In this document: one piece after another, positions 11,176 through 19,862 of the stretch
Layout of the letters: the number at the start of each line of letters is the position of its first letter
Position numbering within the stretch: position 1 is the first letter of the stretch
Translations under genes and position numbers: made by a program
Origin: an uncultured Clostridia bacterium
GTDB taxonomy: Bacteria; Bacillota; Clostridia; Peptostreptococcales; Anaerovoracaceae
DNA length: 64,000 nt
Assembly: GCA_927797855.1 (NCBI GenBank)
Contig: CAKMLH010000001.1
Span: 19,044 to 83,043, forward strand
Reading direction: 5' to 3'
The notes under the pieces: generated by a model
Told to the model about the DNA's origin: nothing
Seen by the model: only the letters and a program-made list of their open reading frames with translations
Databases searched by the model: none

Positions 11176-11382
11176 TTAGAACAGGCCTCCGAAGAGTCCG
11201 CCGCCTTTGTTGTCGCCGCAGAAGCAGCAGAATATTATAATCAAAAGAATAATAAGCCATATGCTGTTGTTTCCGCTGTCGCAGCAGCAAGGTTCGCAGC
11301 ACCGCGGCTCAGGGCAGTCCCTGCGGCATTTATCTTTAAAATCATGGTCGCAGCATTCATTGAATCTTCTGTCGTCACCCAT
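11176..11382 (-). CDS. small cysteine-rich membrane protein (68 aa, 12 Cys), YjcZ-like tail
   Basis: The ORF track starts at 11412, but the GGAGG RBS sits 8 nt before the ATG at 11382 (MGDDRRF...). The protein has a Cys-rich N-terminal half, then the NSIWLIILLIIIFCCFCG hydrophobic segment and a GGGLFGGLF tail. Confidence 0.6.
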   Translation of the reverse strand: MGDDRRFNECCDHDFKDKCRRDCPEPRCCEPCCCDSGNNSIWLIILLIIIFCCFCGDNKGGGLFGGLF

Positions 11383-11459
11383 AATAAAAACCTCCATAGT
11401 ATTTTTTACCATACTATGCAGGTTTTCTGTCCGCGGTGAATTATATTAACTGCACGTTT

Positions 11460-11999
11460 CTATTGCTCTTCCTCTCCCATGGCCAGCATGTCGCCGAATG
11501 AAACGATGTACTCGTCCAGCGGGTAGCTGCTGCACTCCGAAAAATCGTACTGGTACTTATCTCCTCCTAAGGCTTCAAGTCTGGCACAGACGAGAGCGTC
11601 CCGCAGCGTCATTTCCTCATCTTCCGTACTTCCCAGATCTGTCAGATATGCACGGCTGTCCTCTGAATACCACTTTCTAAACCTTTCCAGCTCATCGGCA
11701 AGTTTTGTCTGCGTTGTTTCGTCGTTACAGTTCCTTGACATTCCTACAAGGGATCTCCTCACATTATCAAATATGGTGAAAAGCTCCGTTTCACTTTCCG
11801 GTATAAAATCAGATATTTCCTCAAAATAATCTCCGATAAGCTGGGCCAGAGTCTCTTTGTCCACCTCTTTTATAAGCTCAGCAACATCTTCATATTCCGG
11901 CTCCTCATCGCATTCCAGAAAGGCTGCAAGGTTTTCAAAATACTGAAAATCCTCCGGTCTGTCTATATCAAGAATCTCATATAACTCTTCCTTCGTCAC
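11460..11999 (-). CDS. hypothetical highly acidic protein
   Basis: 179 aa, very rich in Asp/Glu, with no TM segment. It lies 11 nt downstream of murI and is probably co-transcribed with it. No motif recognised. Confidence 0.55.
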   Translation of the reverse strand: MTKEELYEILDIDRPEDFQYFENLAAFLECDEEPEYEDVAELIKEVDKETLAQLIGDYFEEISDFIPESETELFTIFDNVRRSLVGMSRNCNDETTQTKLADELERFRKWYSEDSRAYLTDLGSTEDEEMTLRDALVCARLEALGGDKYQYDFSECSSYPLDEYIVSFGDMLAMGEEEQ

Positions 12000-12010
12000 T
12001 TCAGTTCCTC

Positions 12011-12823
12011 CTAAAGATCAAGATTTTTAAATTTAAGTATAAGGTCGGATTTCTCCGTTTCAAGTACCTTCTGTATCATATTCACAAAATTTTCGGAAAG
12101 GTCGCTGGCATAGAAAATGTTTTCTCTGTCGTTTTCCTTTGCAAGCATATCCTGTTCTGTAAGTATGTCCCTTATAGGTGAAATTATTTCATAGGAAGGA
12201 TTGACAATTCTGAGCTGAGGATAGATTGCCTGAATGTTCTTTCTGATAAGAGGATAATGGGTACATCCCAGAACCAGAGTATCAATACGGTTATCTCTTA
12301 TGAAATCGTCCAGATAGTATCTTATTGTCAGGTTCATTATCTCGTTATCAATAATGCCTTCCTCTATGAGAGGAACAAAAGCCGGAGTAGCCTTGCTGTA
12401 AACATTAAGGTGCGGATCCTGTTCCTTTATCATCATGTTGTAATCATCGCTTGCTATGGTAACTTTTGTTGCTATTATACCGATATTATTGCTTTCATCA
12501 CAGATTGATGCCGTTTTGACCGCTGCCGGTTTTATAATTCCTATAATAGGCGTCTTCGGAAAGCGCAGGCGCAGTTCCTCAAGGCAAGTGGCCGTTATAG
12601 TGTTACAGGCTATAACCATCATCTTAACACCCTGTGATGCGAGAAAATCGGCAATCTGCGCGGCATAGTGGCGTATTGTGGATACAGCCTTGGAGCCGTA
12701 AGGCGTCCTTGCAGTATCGCCGAAATATATGACTCTCTCTTCAGGGAGCTCAGAAAAAAGATTTGGGATGCAGGTAAGTCCGCCAAGTCCCGAATCAAAA
12801 AATCCTATAGGTCTGTTGTCCAT
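12011..12823 (-). CDS. murI: glutamate racemase
   Basis: Contains the IGFFDSGLGGLT and LGCTHYP catalytic Cys motifs. The start is placed at the ATG at 12823 (MDNRPIGFFDSG). The ORF track extends to a GTG at 12865. Confidence 0.9.
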   Translation of the reverse strand: MDNRPIGFFDSGLGGLTCIPNLFSELPEERVIYFGDTARTPYGSKAVSTIRHYAAQIADFLASQGVKMMVIACNTITATCLEELRLRFPKTPIIGIIKPAAVKTASICDESNNIGIIATKVTIASDDYNMMIKEQDPHLNVYSKATPAFVPLIEEGIIDNEIMNLTIRYYLDDFIRDNRIDTLVLGCTHYPLIRKNIQAIYPQLRIVNPSYEIISPIRDILTEQDMLAKENDRENIFYASDLSENFVNMIQKVLETEKSDLILKFKNLDL

Positions 12824-12880
12824 GGTTTTGTTTCCTTTTGTAACGAGTGCTTCCCCCACACGCACAACTGCTCAATGCAA

Positions 12881-13138
12881 ATGTTGTAAAAATAAAGGAA
12901 AAACCCGTTTTCATACAACAAGGCGTTTAAAAAGGCAGAAAAAGCACCTCTATTTCATGATGTATGTTGTATGAAATCACAGTTTTAACCGTTTCATACA
13001 ACATTTTTTTCAATTATCATCATTCATGTTGTATGAAAACGCAAACTTTAAATTTATATACAACATTTTGCCTTGTAAATCACCTTTTTTTACAACGATG
13101 TTGTATAAATAAGATGATTTGATACTTTCATGCAACAT
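12881..13138. repeat. array of four 41-nt palindromic units (ATGTTGTA-N25-TACAACAT)
   Basis: The units lie at 12881-12921, 12964-13004 (a perfect 13-bp inverted repeat followed by T7), 13026-13066 and 13098-13138. The outer arms are conserved and the 15-nt centres are unrelated. Confidence 0.85.
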
Positions 13139-13277
13139 TGACTTTTGCTCTGTACAGTATACCACGTAGGAAGGAAAAATACCATATAAAAAAATGCATA
13201 TACAGGTTATATTCACGCCGATAATGTGGTACAATTATCCTATTAAGAAAAACAATCTATCGGAGGCAGAAAATACA

Positions 13278-15095
13278 ATGACCAATAATAATACAGATAA
13301 AGATAAAACCTTAAAGCAGCGGGAACAGATTCCAAATGAATATAAGTGGGATATTGAAGCTATGTATCCTGACGAGACCGCCTGGGACAGAGACGTGGCA
13401 GACAGCATTAAGGCCGCAGAAGATTTTAAAAGATTTCAGGGCAGAGTCACAGAAAGTGCCGACACTCTTTATGAAGCTCTTTCAGAAAAGGATGTAATAT
13501 GGCAAAAGCTTGAACATGCCTATGTATATGCTGCCATGAGAAAAGACGAAGACAACAGAGTAACCAAGTATCAGACCATGGATGATAAATGCGGCAGCGC
13601 TCTGGCTAAGGCTTCAGCCGCCATGTCTTTCTTCGCACCGGAGCTTCTTGCCGCCCCTGAGGAAAAGATTCTTTCCTTTATTGAAGAAAACCCTAAACTC
13701 AAACAGTACGAATTTGTCCTTAAAGATGCCTTAAGAGAGAAAAAACATGTGCTTACCGCATCTGAAGAAAACATCCTTGCACAGCTCAGCGAAGTAACGG
13801 GAGCTACCAACGATGTTTTTAAAATGCTTAACAATGCAGATATGAACTTCGGAACAATAGTTGACGAAGATGGCGATACGGTAAACCTGACTCACGGAAA
13901 CTACATCACCTTCATGGAAAGTCATGACCGCAATGTCCGCAAGGCCGCTTTTACCAATATGTACGAAGCTTACAAAGCCCTCATCAACACCATTGCGGTT
14001 AACTACAATTACAATGTAAAAACAGATGTCGTATCAGCACGCATCAGAAAATATAGCTCTGCACGGCAGGCAGCTCTTTCCGGCGGAAACATTCCGGAGG
14101 AAGTATACGACAACCTCATATCAGTTGTACATGAATATCTTCCTGTTCTCTACAGATATATCGCCCTTCGCAAGAAAGTCCTCGGCGTAGATGAGCTCAA
14201 AATGTACGATGTCTATGTTCCTCTTGTACAGCTTCCTAAAAGAGATATTCCATATGAAGAAGCACTGAAAATGATGCAGGAGGGACTTGCACCTCTCGGC
14301 GATGAATATCTTGCGCAGGTTGACCGCGGAACAAAGGAAGGCTGGATTGATGTTTACGAAAACCAGGGAAAGACCAGCGGAGCATACAGCTTCGGCTCCT
14401 ACGACAGCAAGCCGTATATTCTGCTGAACTATACCAACACACTTAAGGATGTATTTACCATTGTCCACGAAATGGGTCATTCCATGCACTCCTACTACAC
14501 ACGCAAGACTCAGCCTTATACCTACGGCGACCACTCCATCTTTACGGCGGAGGTTGCATCTACAGTAAACGAGTCCCTTCTCATGCAGCATCTTCTGGAG
14601 ACGGAGAAAGACCCGGAAATGAAAAAATACCTGATAAATTACTACATTGAAGAGTTCAGAACCACCCTCTTCCGTCAGACAATGTTTGCGGAATTTGAAC
14701 TTGCTTCTCACAGAGAAGTTGAAAGCGGCGGCGTTCTGACGGCTCAGTGGCTCTGTGAAACATACGACGACCTTAACAGGAAATATTTCGGCCCTGCCCT
14801 TTCCGAAGATGAATATATCAGATACGAATGGGCAAGAATTCCTCATTTCTACAGAGGTTTCTATGTATACCAGTACGCTACGGGATATTCCGCTGCCACT
14901 GCTATTTCAAAAAAAATCCTCACAGAGGGTACTGAAGCCCGTGATAACTATATTGAATTTTTAAAGAGCGGATCTTCAGATTACCCTGTAGAGCTTCTGA
15001 AAATTGCAGGAGTGGACATGTCAAGTCCTGAACCTATCAGAATGGCCATGGAGACATTTACCAGCCTTGTTGACCAGCTGGAGAAACTGCTGTAA
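13278..15095 (+). CDS. pepF: oligoendopeptidase F (M3B metallopeptidase)
   Basis: HEMGH zinc motif and overall PepF length. The start is moved to the ATG at 13278 behind a GGAGG RBS. The ORF track begins at 13194. Confidence 0.9.
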   Translation: MTNNNTDKDKTLKQREQIPNEYKWDIEAMYPDETAWDRDVADSIKAAEDFKRFQGRVTESADTLYEALSEKDVIWQKLEHAYVYAAMRKDEDNRVTKYQTMDDKCGSALAKASAAMSFFAPELLAAPEEKILSFIEENPKLKQYEFVLKDALREKKHVLTASEENILAQLSEVTGATNDVFKMLNNADMNFGTIVDEDGDTVNLTHGNYITFMESHDRNVRKAAFTNMYEAYKALINTIAVNYNYNVKTDVVSARIRKYSSARQAALSGGNIPEEVYDNLISVVHEYLPVLYRYIALRKKVLGVDELKMYDVYVPLVQLPKRDIPYEEALKMMQEGLAPLGDEYLAQVDRGTKEGWIDVYENQGKTSGAYSFGSYDSKPYILLNYTNTLKDVFTIVHEMGHSMHSYYTRKTQPYTYGDHSIFTAEVASTVNESLLMQHLLETEKDPEMKKYLINYYIEEFRTTLFRQTMFAEFELASHREVESGGVLTAQWLCETYDDLNRKYFGPALSEDEYIRYEWARIPHFYRGFYVYQYATGYSAATAISKKILTEGTEARDNYIEFLKSGSSDYPVELLKIAGVDMSSPEPIRMAMETFTSLVDQLEKLL

Positions 15096-15121
15096 TATCA
15101 GGGTCAGAGGGAGTAAAGGAA

Positions 15122-15925
15122 ATGGAAAACAAAAAGATATACATCTATGCTAACATCACTGAAATGTCGAAAAAAATCGAAAAGACCCTGAGGAGCAAGC
15201 TTGTAAAGTCAGGACTCCGTGTTTTTGAAGATCTTTCCCAAGACACAGAGCTTATTATATGCATCGGCGGCGACGGGACTCTCCTTCATCTTATGCAGGA
15301 AAAGGATTTTCCAGGTACCCCTGTTGTTGGCATAAATACAGGCCATCTGGGTTTCTTTCAGGAAATACCTCCGGAAAAAATAGACGATTTTATTTTTAAA
15401 TATAATCAGGGAGAGTACACTATCCAGTCTTTCAGCACGGTAAAGGCCACAGTAATGACAGATCACGGCGGTTTCACCCATACTGCACTCAATGAAATTG
15501 CAGTAAAGGGAGAAATGACATATCCGGTTCACCTGAACATTTCCATTAACGATTCCTTTATTGAAAGATTCAGCGGTGACGGAATCTGTGTGGCAACACC
15601 TGCAGGAAGCACAGCTTACAGCTACTCCCTGGGCGGCAGCATAGTAGACCCTGATCTTGACCTGCTTCAGGTCACACCTATAGCACCAATGAAAAGCATC
15701 GCCTACCGCTCATTTACCTCAAGCCTTCTCCTTCCTCCTGACGGAAAGCTGATCATACTTCCATGCGACGAAAGCGACAGAAAGCTTAATGTGGTTTTCG
15801 ACGGCAGACTTGCATCATACGAGGACGTATCTTCAATAACCATGGAACTTTCCACACGCAAGGTAAACCTTATAAGATTCGACGATTCCAATTTCTGGGA
15901 CAAGGTTAAGGGAAAATTTCTTTAG
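15122..15925 (+). CDS. nadK: NAD kinase
   Basis: 267 aa with GGDGTLL and the NE..V.G motif region of the PpnK family. Confidence 0.9.
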   Translation: MENKKIYIYANITEMSKKIEKTLRSKLVKSGLRVFEDLSQDTELIICIGGDGTLLHLMQEKDFPGTPVVGINTGHLGFFQEIPPEKIDDFIFKYNQGEYTIQSFSTVKATVMTDHGGFTHTALNEIAVKGEMTYPVHLNISINDSFIERFSGDGICVATPAGSTAYSYSLGGSIVDPDLDLLQVTPIAPMKSIAYRSFTSSLLLPPDGKLIILPCDESDRKLNVVFDGRLASYEDVSSITMELSTRKVNLIRFDDSNFWDKVKGKFL

Positions 15926-15955
15926 AAGATAAATTATTTTCAGAAAGGGAAAATT

Positions 15956-16948
15956 ATGGCCAAGTTTACATACATCGTGAAAGAAAGCGACAGGGAGCTC
16001 TCCATAAAGGAGCTCCTTTCCCGTAATTTCAGCTTTTCTTCCCGTTTCATGACAAAGCTTAAGCAAAACAGGCTTATTTTTTTAAACGGTGAAAGCATGC
16101 CCGGCTGGATACTTCCCAATCCCGGCGATGTTATAACCGTAGTGACACCTGAAGAAACAAGCGATTTTCCTCCTGAGGCCATCCCTATCTCAATTGTCTA
16201 TGAGGACGATGATCTTCTGGTTATCAATAAGCAGCCCGGCATAGTGGTTCACCCCACTAAGGGAAAGCCATGCCATACCATAGCCAACGGATTGATGAAG
16301 AGGATGCTTGATAAGGGAGAAAGCTATAAGATACGCTTTGTCAACAGACTGGATATGAACACTTCCGGTCTTCTTATTGTTGCGAAAAACAGCTATGCAC
16401 AGGATAATCTGACCAAACAGATGAAGACGGACCATATACAGAAGAAATACATGGCTATAGTCAGTGGTGTTATGGTCCAGGACAGGGGTACTATAGACCT
16501 GCCGCTGGGAAGACCTGACCCCAATGAGGTTGAAAGATGGGTTGTTCCTGTGGAAGAAGGCGGTTATCCTTCTGTAACTCATTTTAAAGTTCTGAAAAGA
16601 TTCAAAAAAAACACTCTGGTGGAGCTGCAGCTTGAAACAGGCAGAACCCACCAGATAAGGATTCATCTGGCATATATCGGTCATCCCATTGAGGGCGATC
16701 ATCTGTACTGTCACGGCGATCCCTTTGAATACCGCCGGATCCACGGTGACCCTCGCCCTTCTCTTGACGGCAGTCCCGGACCCCGCATGGAAACCAATCC
16801 GGAAATCGTGTCGGACATCATCAATCGTCAGGCTCTCCATGCCTTTTCACTCACCTTTAAACATCCTGTCACAGGTGAAAGGCTTCATCTTGAGGCACCC
16901 CTGCCCGATGACATGAAAAGGGCTCTGGCTTATCTTGAAGCAAGATAG
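15956..16948 (+). CDS. RluA/RluD-family 23S rRNA pseudouridine synthase
   Basis: 330 aa with an S4-like N-terminus, NRLDMNTSGLL (catalytic Asp) and GRTHQIRIHL. Confidence 0.85.
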   Translation: MAKFTYIVKESDRELSIKELLSRNFSFSSRFMTKLKQNRLIFLNGESMPGWILPNPGDVITVVTPEETSDFPPEAIPISIVYEDDDLLVINKQPGIVVHPTKGKPCHTIANGLMKRMLDKGESYKIRFVNRLDMNTSGLLIVAKNSYAQDNLTKQMKTDHIQKKYMAIVSGVMVQDRGTIDLPLGRPDPNEVERWVVPVEEGGYPSVTHFKVLKRFKKNTLVELQLETGRTHQIRIHLAYIGHPIEGDHLYCHGDPFEYRRIHGDPRPSLDGSPGPRMETNPEIVSDIINRQALHAFSLTFKHPVTGERLHLEAPLPDDMKRALAYLEAR

Positions 16949-18483
16949 CGCTGCACCCGCTCTCCGTCGGTGGCAAATTCCACAAGTCCCTCTTTTCTCT
17001 TGATATGACCGCCGGTTCCGCAGCCTGCCAGGACAACTACGCAGTTTCCCAGCTGGTCAGCAGTTTTAAGGGCAGCCTCAACAGCCTCGTCACGGTTGGT
17101 GATAATACGGACCTTTTCCTTATGCTCAATATGGGAAAGCACCTCCTGACATATTTTGTTTATATCTTCTTTTCCCGGATCAAGCTCGGTAATAACTACA
17201 AAATCCGCATTTTTCTCCGCTATTTCCCCTGCTTCTTTGCGGCGGTTAAAGGCTTTTTCACCGACGCAGCCGAATACAAACCCTACTCTGCGGCCGGGGT
17301 AGTGTTTGTGTACATAATCAAAAAGTGCCTCATAGCTCATCTTGTTGTGTGCATAGTCAACTATGATGTCAACAGATTTCTCCGGAATTGTGTAAAGCTC
17401 CATTCTGCCGGGAACTTTGACAGTCTCAAGCCCCTTCTTGATGGTTTCGATGGGAACGCCAAGCTGTCTTGAGGCGGCAATAGCCATGAGAGCATTATAT
17501 GAGTTATAGCCTCCGCCTATGTTTACCGTAAACTTTTCTGCTGAATATGAGCCTTCTTCGTCCTTTATCCTGACCGAAAGAATAATTTTGCCCGTCAGTT
17601 CCTCTGTTTCAAGACCCTGAACATCTGCTCCTTCCCTGAAGCCGAATGTTATAGTCTTCCGGCACTTCTCACCTGCTCTTGCTAGGACCCTGTCCAGATA
17701 TTCTCTCTCCATGTCATAATTGACACAAGCTATGCGGCTGTGATCAAGTATCTTAAGCTTGGAAGTAAAATAGTCCTCCATATCCTTATGCTCCGCTTCA
17801 GAGATATGATCTTCCGATATATTAAGAAAGCCGCCGATTTCAAAATCAAGATCAAGAGTCCTGTCATATTTTAATGCCTGTGAGGACACTTCCATTACCA
17901 GATACGGACAGCCGTTTCTGACACATCCGTCAAGAATGCGGTGCAGCTCTATGGTCTCCGGAGTTGTAAGCACAGATTTTTCTCTGTTTTCTCCGTCGTA
18001 GTTATATATTCCCGATGAAAAACCGATTTCTCTGCCGCAATGCACATCGAGAATGGATTTTATCATGGCGGCAGTTGTTGATTTTCCCTTAGTTCCCGTC
18101 AGCCCGATTATTTTAAGAGCCTTGTCCCAGCTTCTGTCAAAATAAAAGGCCGAAATCTTCGATATGGCGCGGCGCATATCATTAACGACCAGAACCGGTA
18201 CATTTTTTTTCATTTCCTGCGGAACTTCACTTTCAATGACTGCTATGGTTCTTTCATCAGCTACGTATCCCGTCGCTCCCTTTCCCAATGCATCCGTCAG
18301 GTATTGCCCTTTGAAGTTTTTTCCTTTGCATATAAAAAGAGTCCCTTCTCCTGAAAGAATGGAGTTATATGAGATATCCGTCACCTGTCTTTTGCCGCAA
18401 TCCTCCTGAAATCCTTTGGCTGACTGCAAAAGGCCTTCCCTTTCAAGCATTGTTCTGTATTCATTTATGTTCCTTGTTATCAT
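16930..18483 (-). CDS. Mur ligase family protein, MurE-like (UDP-MurNAc-tripeptide synthetase paralogue)
   Basis: Contains the GLTGTKGKSTT P-loop, DYAHN and Mur ligase middle and C-terminal regions. The start is set at the ATG at 18483 (MITRNINEY) behind a GGAG RBS. The longer ORF reaching 18558 crosses a GC hairpin. Confidence 0.8.
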   Translation of the reverse strand: MITRNINEYRTMLEREGLLQSAKGFQEDCGKRQVTDISYNSILSGEGTLFICKGKNFKGQYLTDALGKGATGYVADERTIAVIESEVPQEMKKNVPVLVVNDMRRAISKISAFYFDRSWDKALKIIGLTGTKGKSTTAAMIKSILDVHCGREIGFSSGIYNYDGENREKSVLTTPETIELHRILDGCVRNGCPYLVMEVSSQALKYDRTLDLDFEIGGFLNISEDHISEAEHKDMEDYFTSKLKILDHSRIACVNYDMEREYLDRVLARAGEKCRKTITFGFREGADVQGLETEELTGKIILSVRIKDEEGSYSAEKFTVNIGGGYNSYNALMAIAASRQLGVPIETIKKGLETVKVPGRMELYTIPEKSVDIIVDYAHNKMSYEALFDYVHKHYPGRRVGFVFGCVGEKAFNRRKEAGEIAEKNADFVVITELDPGKEDINKICQEVLSHIEHKEKVRIITNRDEAVEAALKTADQLGNCVVVLAGCGTGGHIKRKEGLVEFATDGERVQRYLASR

Positions 18484-18597
18484 AAAATACTCCGTTTTCT
18501 CGGCGGGCGGCTCATGATGCTCTCCGCCCGCATTGTTTCTTTTCATATAATAACACATTTTTGACCGATTACATAGAAAAAATGTAAGTATGCCTTT

Positions 18598-19725
18598 TTA
18601 AATCTTTGACAGCTCTTCAAAAACTTCATCGGAAAGAGCACTTATTCTTGTAAAATTCATATTCGGTATATACATGCTTTCCACCTTCATGTGGGCTTTG
18701 CGTGCACATTCCAGCGCCTTTATTGCCCTTCCCAGCAAAATCTCATATTCCTCTTTCAGTTCGGCCATAAGCAATGTGTTTTCCTCCAAGACATGCTGTT
18801 TCATATAATCACTGATGTCTATGAGGGTCAGCTCCTTTTCTCTTTCTTCACTGTCTTCCTCTTCATCGAAGAGTTCCCACGGTTCCAGATCGTGATACTC
18901 ATTTACGGTAATGAATGCAAGACTCAGCTGTGGAACGATAATATGGTCAATCTTTTCATCAGGTCCCATGGGGCAGTAGAATACCTCTGTGTCGAAGCCC
19001 CTGTATACGGCACCCTCCTTCAGAACCTCCATAAAACTCTGGTTTGAGAATCCCTCGGGAACGCTTACAAGATAGACTTTCTGGATATTATCCAGAAGAC
19101 TCCGCAGATAATTTACCAGACCCCCCGGCGTAATTGCTCCTGCAAAAAATTTTTTCTGTCTTCCGGGACGAAGACATATAGGATATTCTCCGTATTCTGA
19201 TGTTACTATGTCGGCAACTACTCTGTATATTTCACTGTCTTCCACTGCCTTGTAATATATCTCTTCAAGGCTCTTAAAAACGCTTTTGGCTGCATTAAGG
19301 TAGTTATATGCAATTCTGTACCATCCGGAACAATCCTCGTTTAAATCGATTATTTCGTCCTTATTAAGGGCTATACCTTCTTCGTTCCAGAATTCTCCCA
19401 GATTGATTATTTTATCCACTGCACCCGGAGTAACGGGATCTGTAATGTGAGGGCTGGTTCCGTCAATGAGAGCAATTCTGCGATTCTTAAGAATTACTCC
19501 GTCCAGAGAATCTTCGTCAGCCGAACAGTGAAGATAATCGATATCCTCGCCCAGCTTTGCAAACCTCTCTCCTATCCGTTTCATAAAAGTTGATTTTCCC
19601 GTGCCGGGGCCGCCTTTTATGCAGATAATTCTGTTAGCCTCCCGCTGCCCGAGAATATATTTGTAATAAGAAAAAAAACCCTGCGGCGTGTTGTTGCCCG
19701 GGAAATAGTGTCTTTCTGTGGACAA
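18598..19725 (-). CDS. conserved hypothetical P-loop ATPase
   Basis: 375 aa with a TTG start 7 nt after AGGAGG. It has Walker A GGPGTGKST, a Walker-B-like RIALIDG and an acidic/coiled C-terminal third. Confidence 0.65.
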   Translation of the reverse strand: MSTERHYFPGNNTPQGFFSYYKYILGQREANRIICIKGGPGTGKSTFMKRIGERFAKLGEDIDYLHCSADEDSLDGVILKNRRIALIDGTSPHITDPVTPGAVDKIINLGEFWNEEGIALNKDEIIDLNEDCSGWYRIAYNYLNAAKSVFKSLEEIYYKAVEDSEIYRVVADIVTSEYGEYPICLRPGRQKKFFAGAITPGGLVNYLRSLLDNIQKVYLVSVPEGFSNQSFMEVLKEGAVYRGFDTEVFYCPMGPDEKIDHIIVPQLSLAFITVNEYHDLEPWELFDEEEDSEEREKELTLIDISDYMKQHVLEENTLLMAELKEEYEILLGRAIKALECARKAHMKVESMYIPNMNFTRISALSDEVFEELSKI

Positions 19726-19807
19726 GGTGCTACCTCCTGGTAAAAAAGATACTTTATACTATGCCACAGGCTTGTAAAAGGTACTGGGTAAAACCTTTCA
19801 GCGGCAC

Positions 19808-19835
19808 TAAAAAAGGGGCTGCATAAATCAGCCCC
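19808..19835 (-). terminator. rho-independent terminator after the DUF975 gene
   Basis: On the minus strand, GGGGCTG-ATTTATG-CAGCCCC is followed by TTTTTT. Confidence 0.8.
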
Positions 19836-19862
19836 AAAAGTTGACAATATAAATCAATCTGC

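Noticed and set aside
12964-12980. TnrA/GlnR-like site (TGTNAN7TNACA) overlapping unit 2 of the palindromic array (TGTTGTATGAAATCACA).
   Set aside because: The conserved A at position 5 is a G, and the match involves the variable loop of only one unit. It does not explain the repeated 41-nt architecture.
14121-14846. Long antisense ORFs inside well-supported genes. Examples are 14121-14846 (241 aa, within pepF), 16190-16840 (216 aa, within the rluD-like gene), 35398-35979, 56926-57600, 58234-58830, 60261-60890, 60850-61392 and 62276-62827.
   Set aside because: Each lies entirely opposite a gene with strong family motifs. They have low-complexity or odd composition, no RBS and no recognisable domains. 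They are typical shadow ORFs of the coding frame.
18484-18558. N-terminal extensions in the ORF track. They affect the MurE-like gene to 18558, murI to 12865, pepF from 13194, crt from 21516, DUF975 to 20768, secG to 24887, ruvC to 36144, trmL to 31062, def to 56949, rpoN to 30521 and the Cys-rich ORF to 11412.
   Set aside because: Internal ATG codons are preceded by GGAGG-type RBSs at proper spacing and give N-termini that match the families. The extensions run through hairpins or promoter-like sequence.
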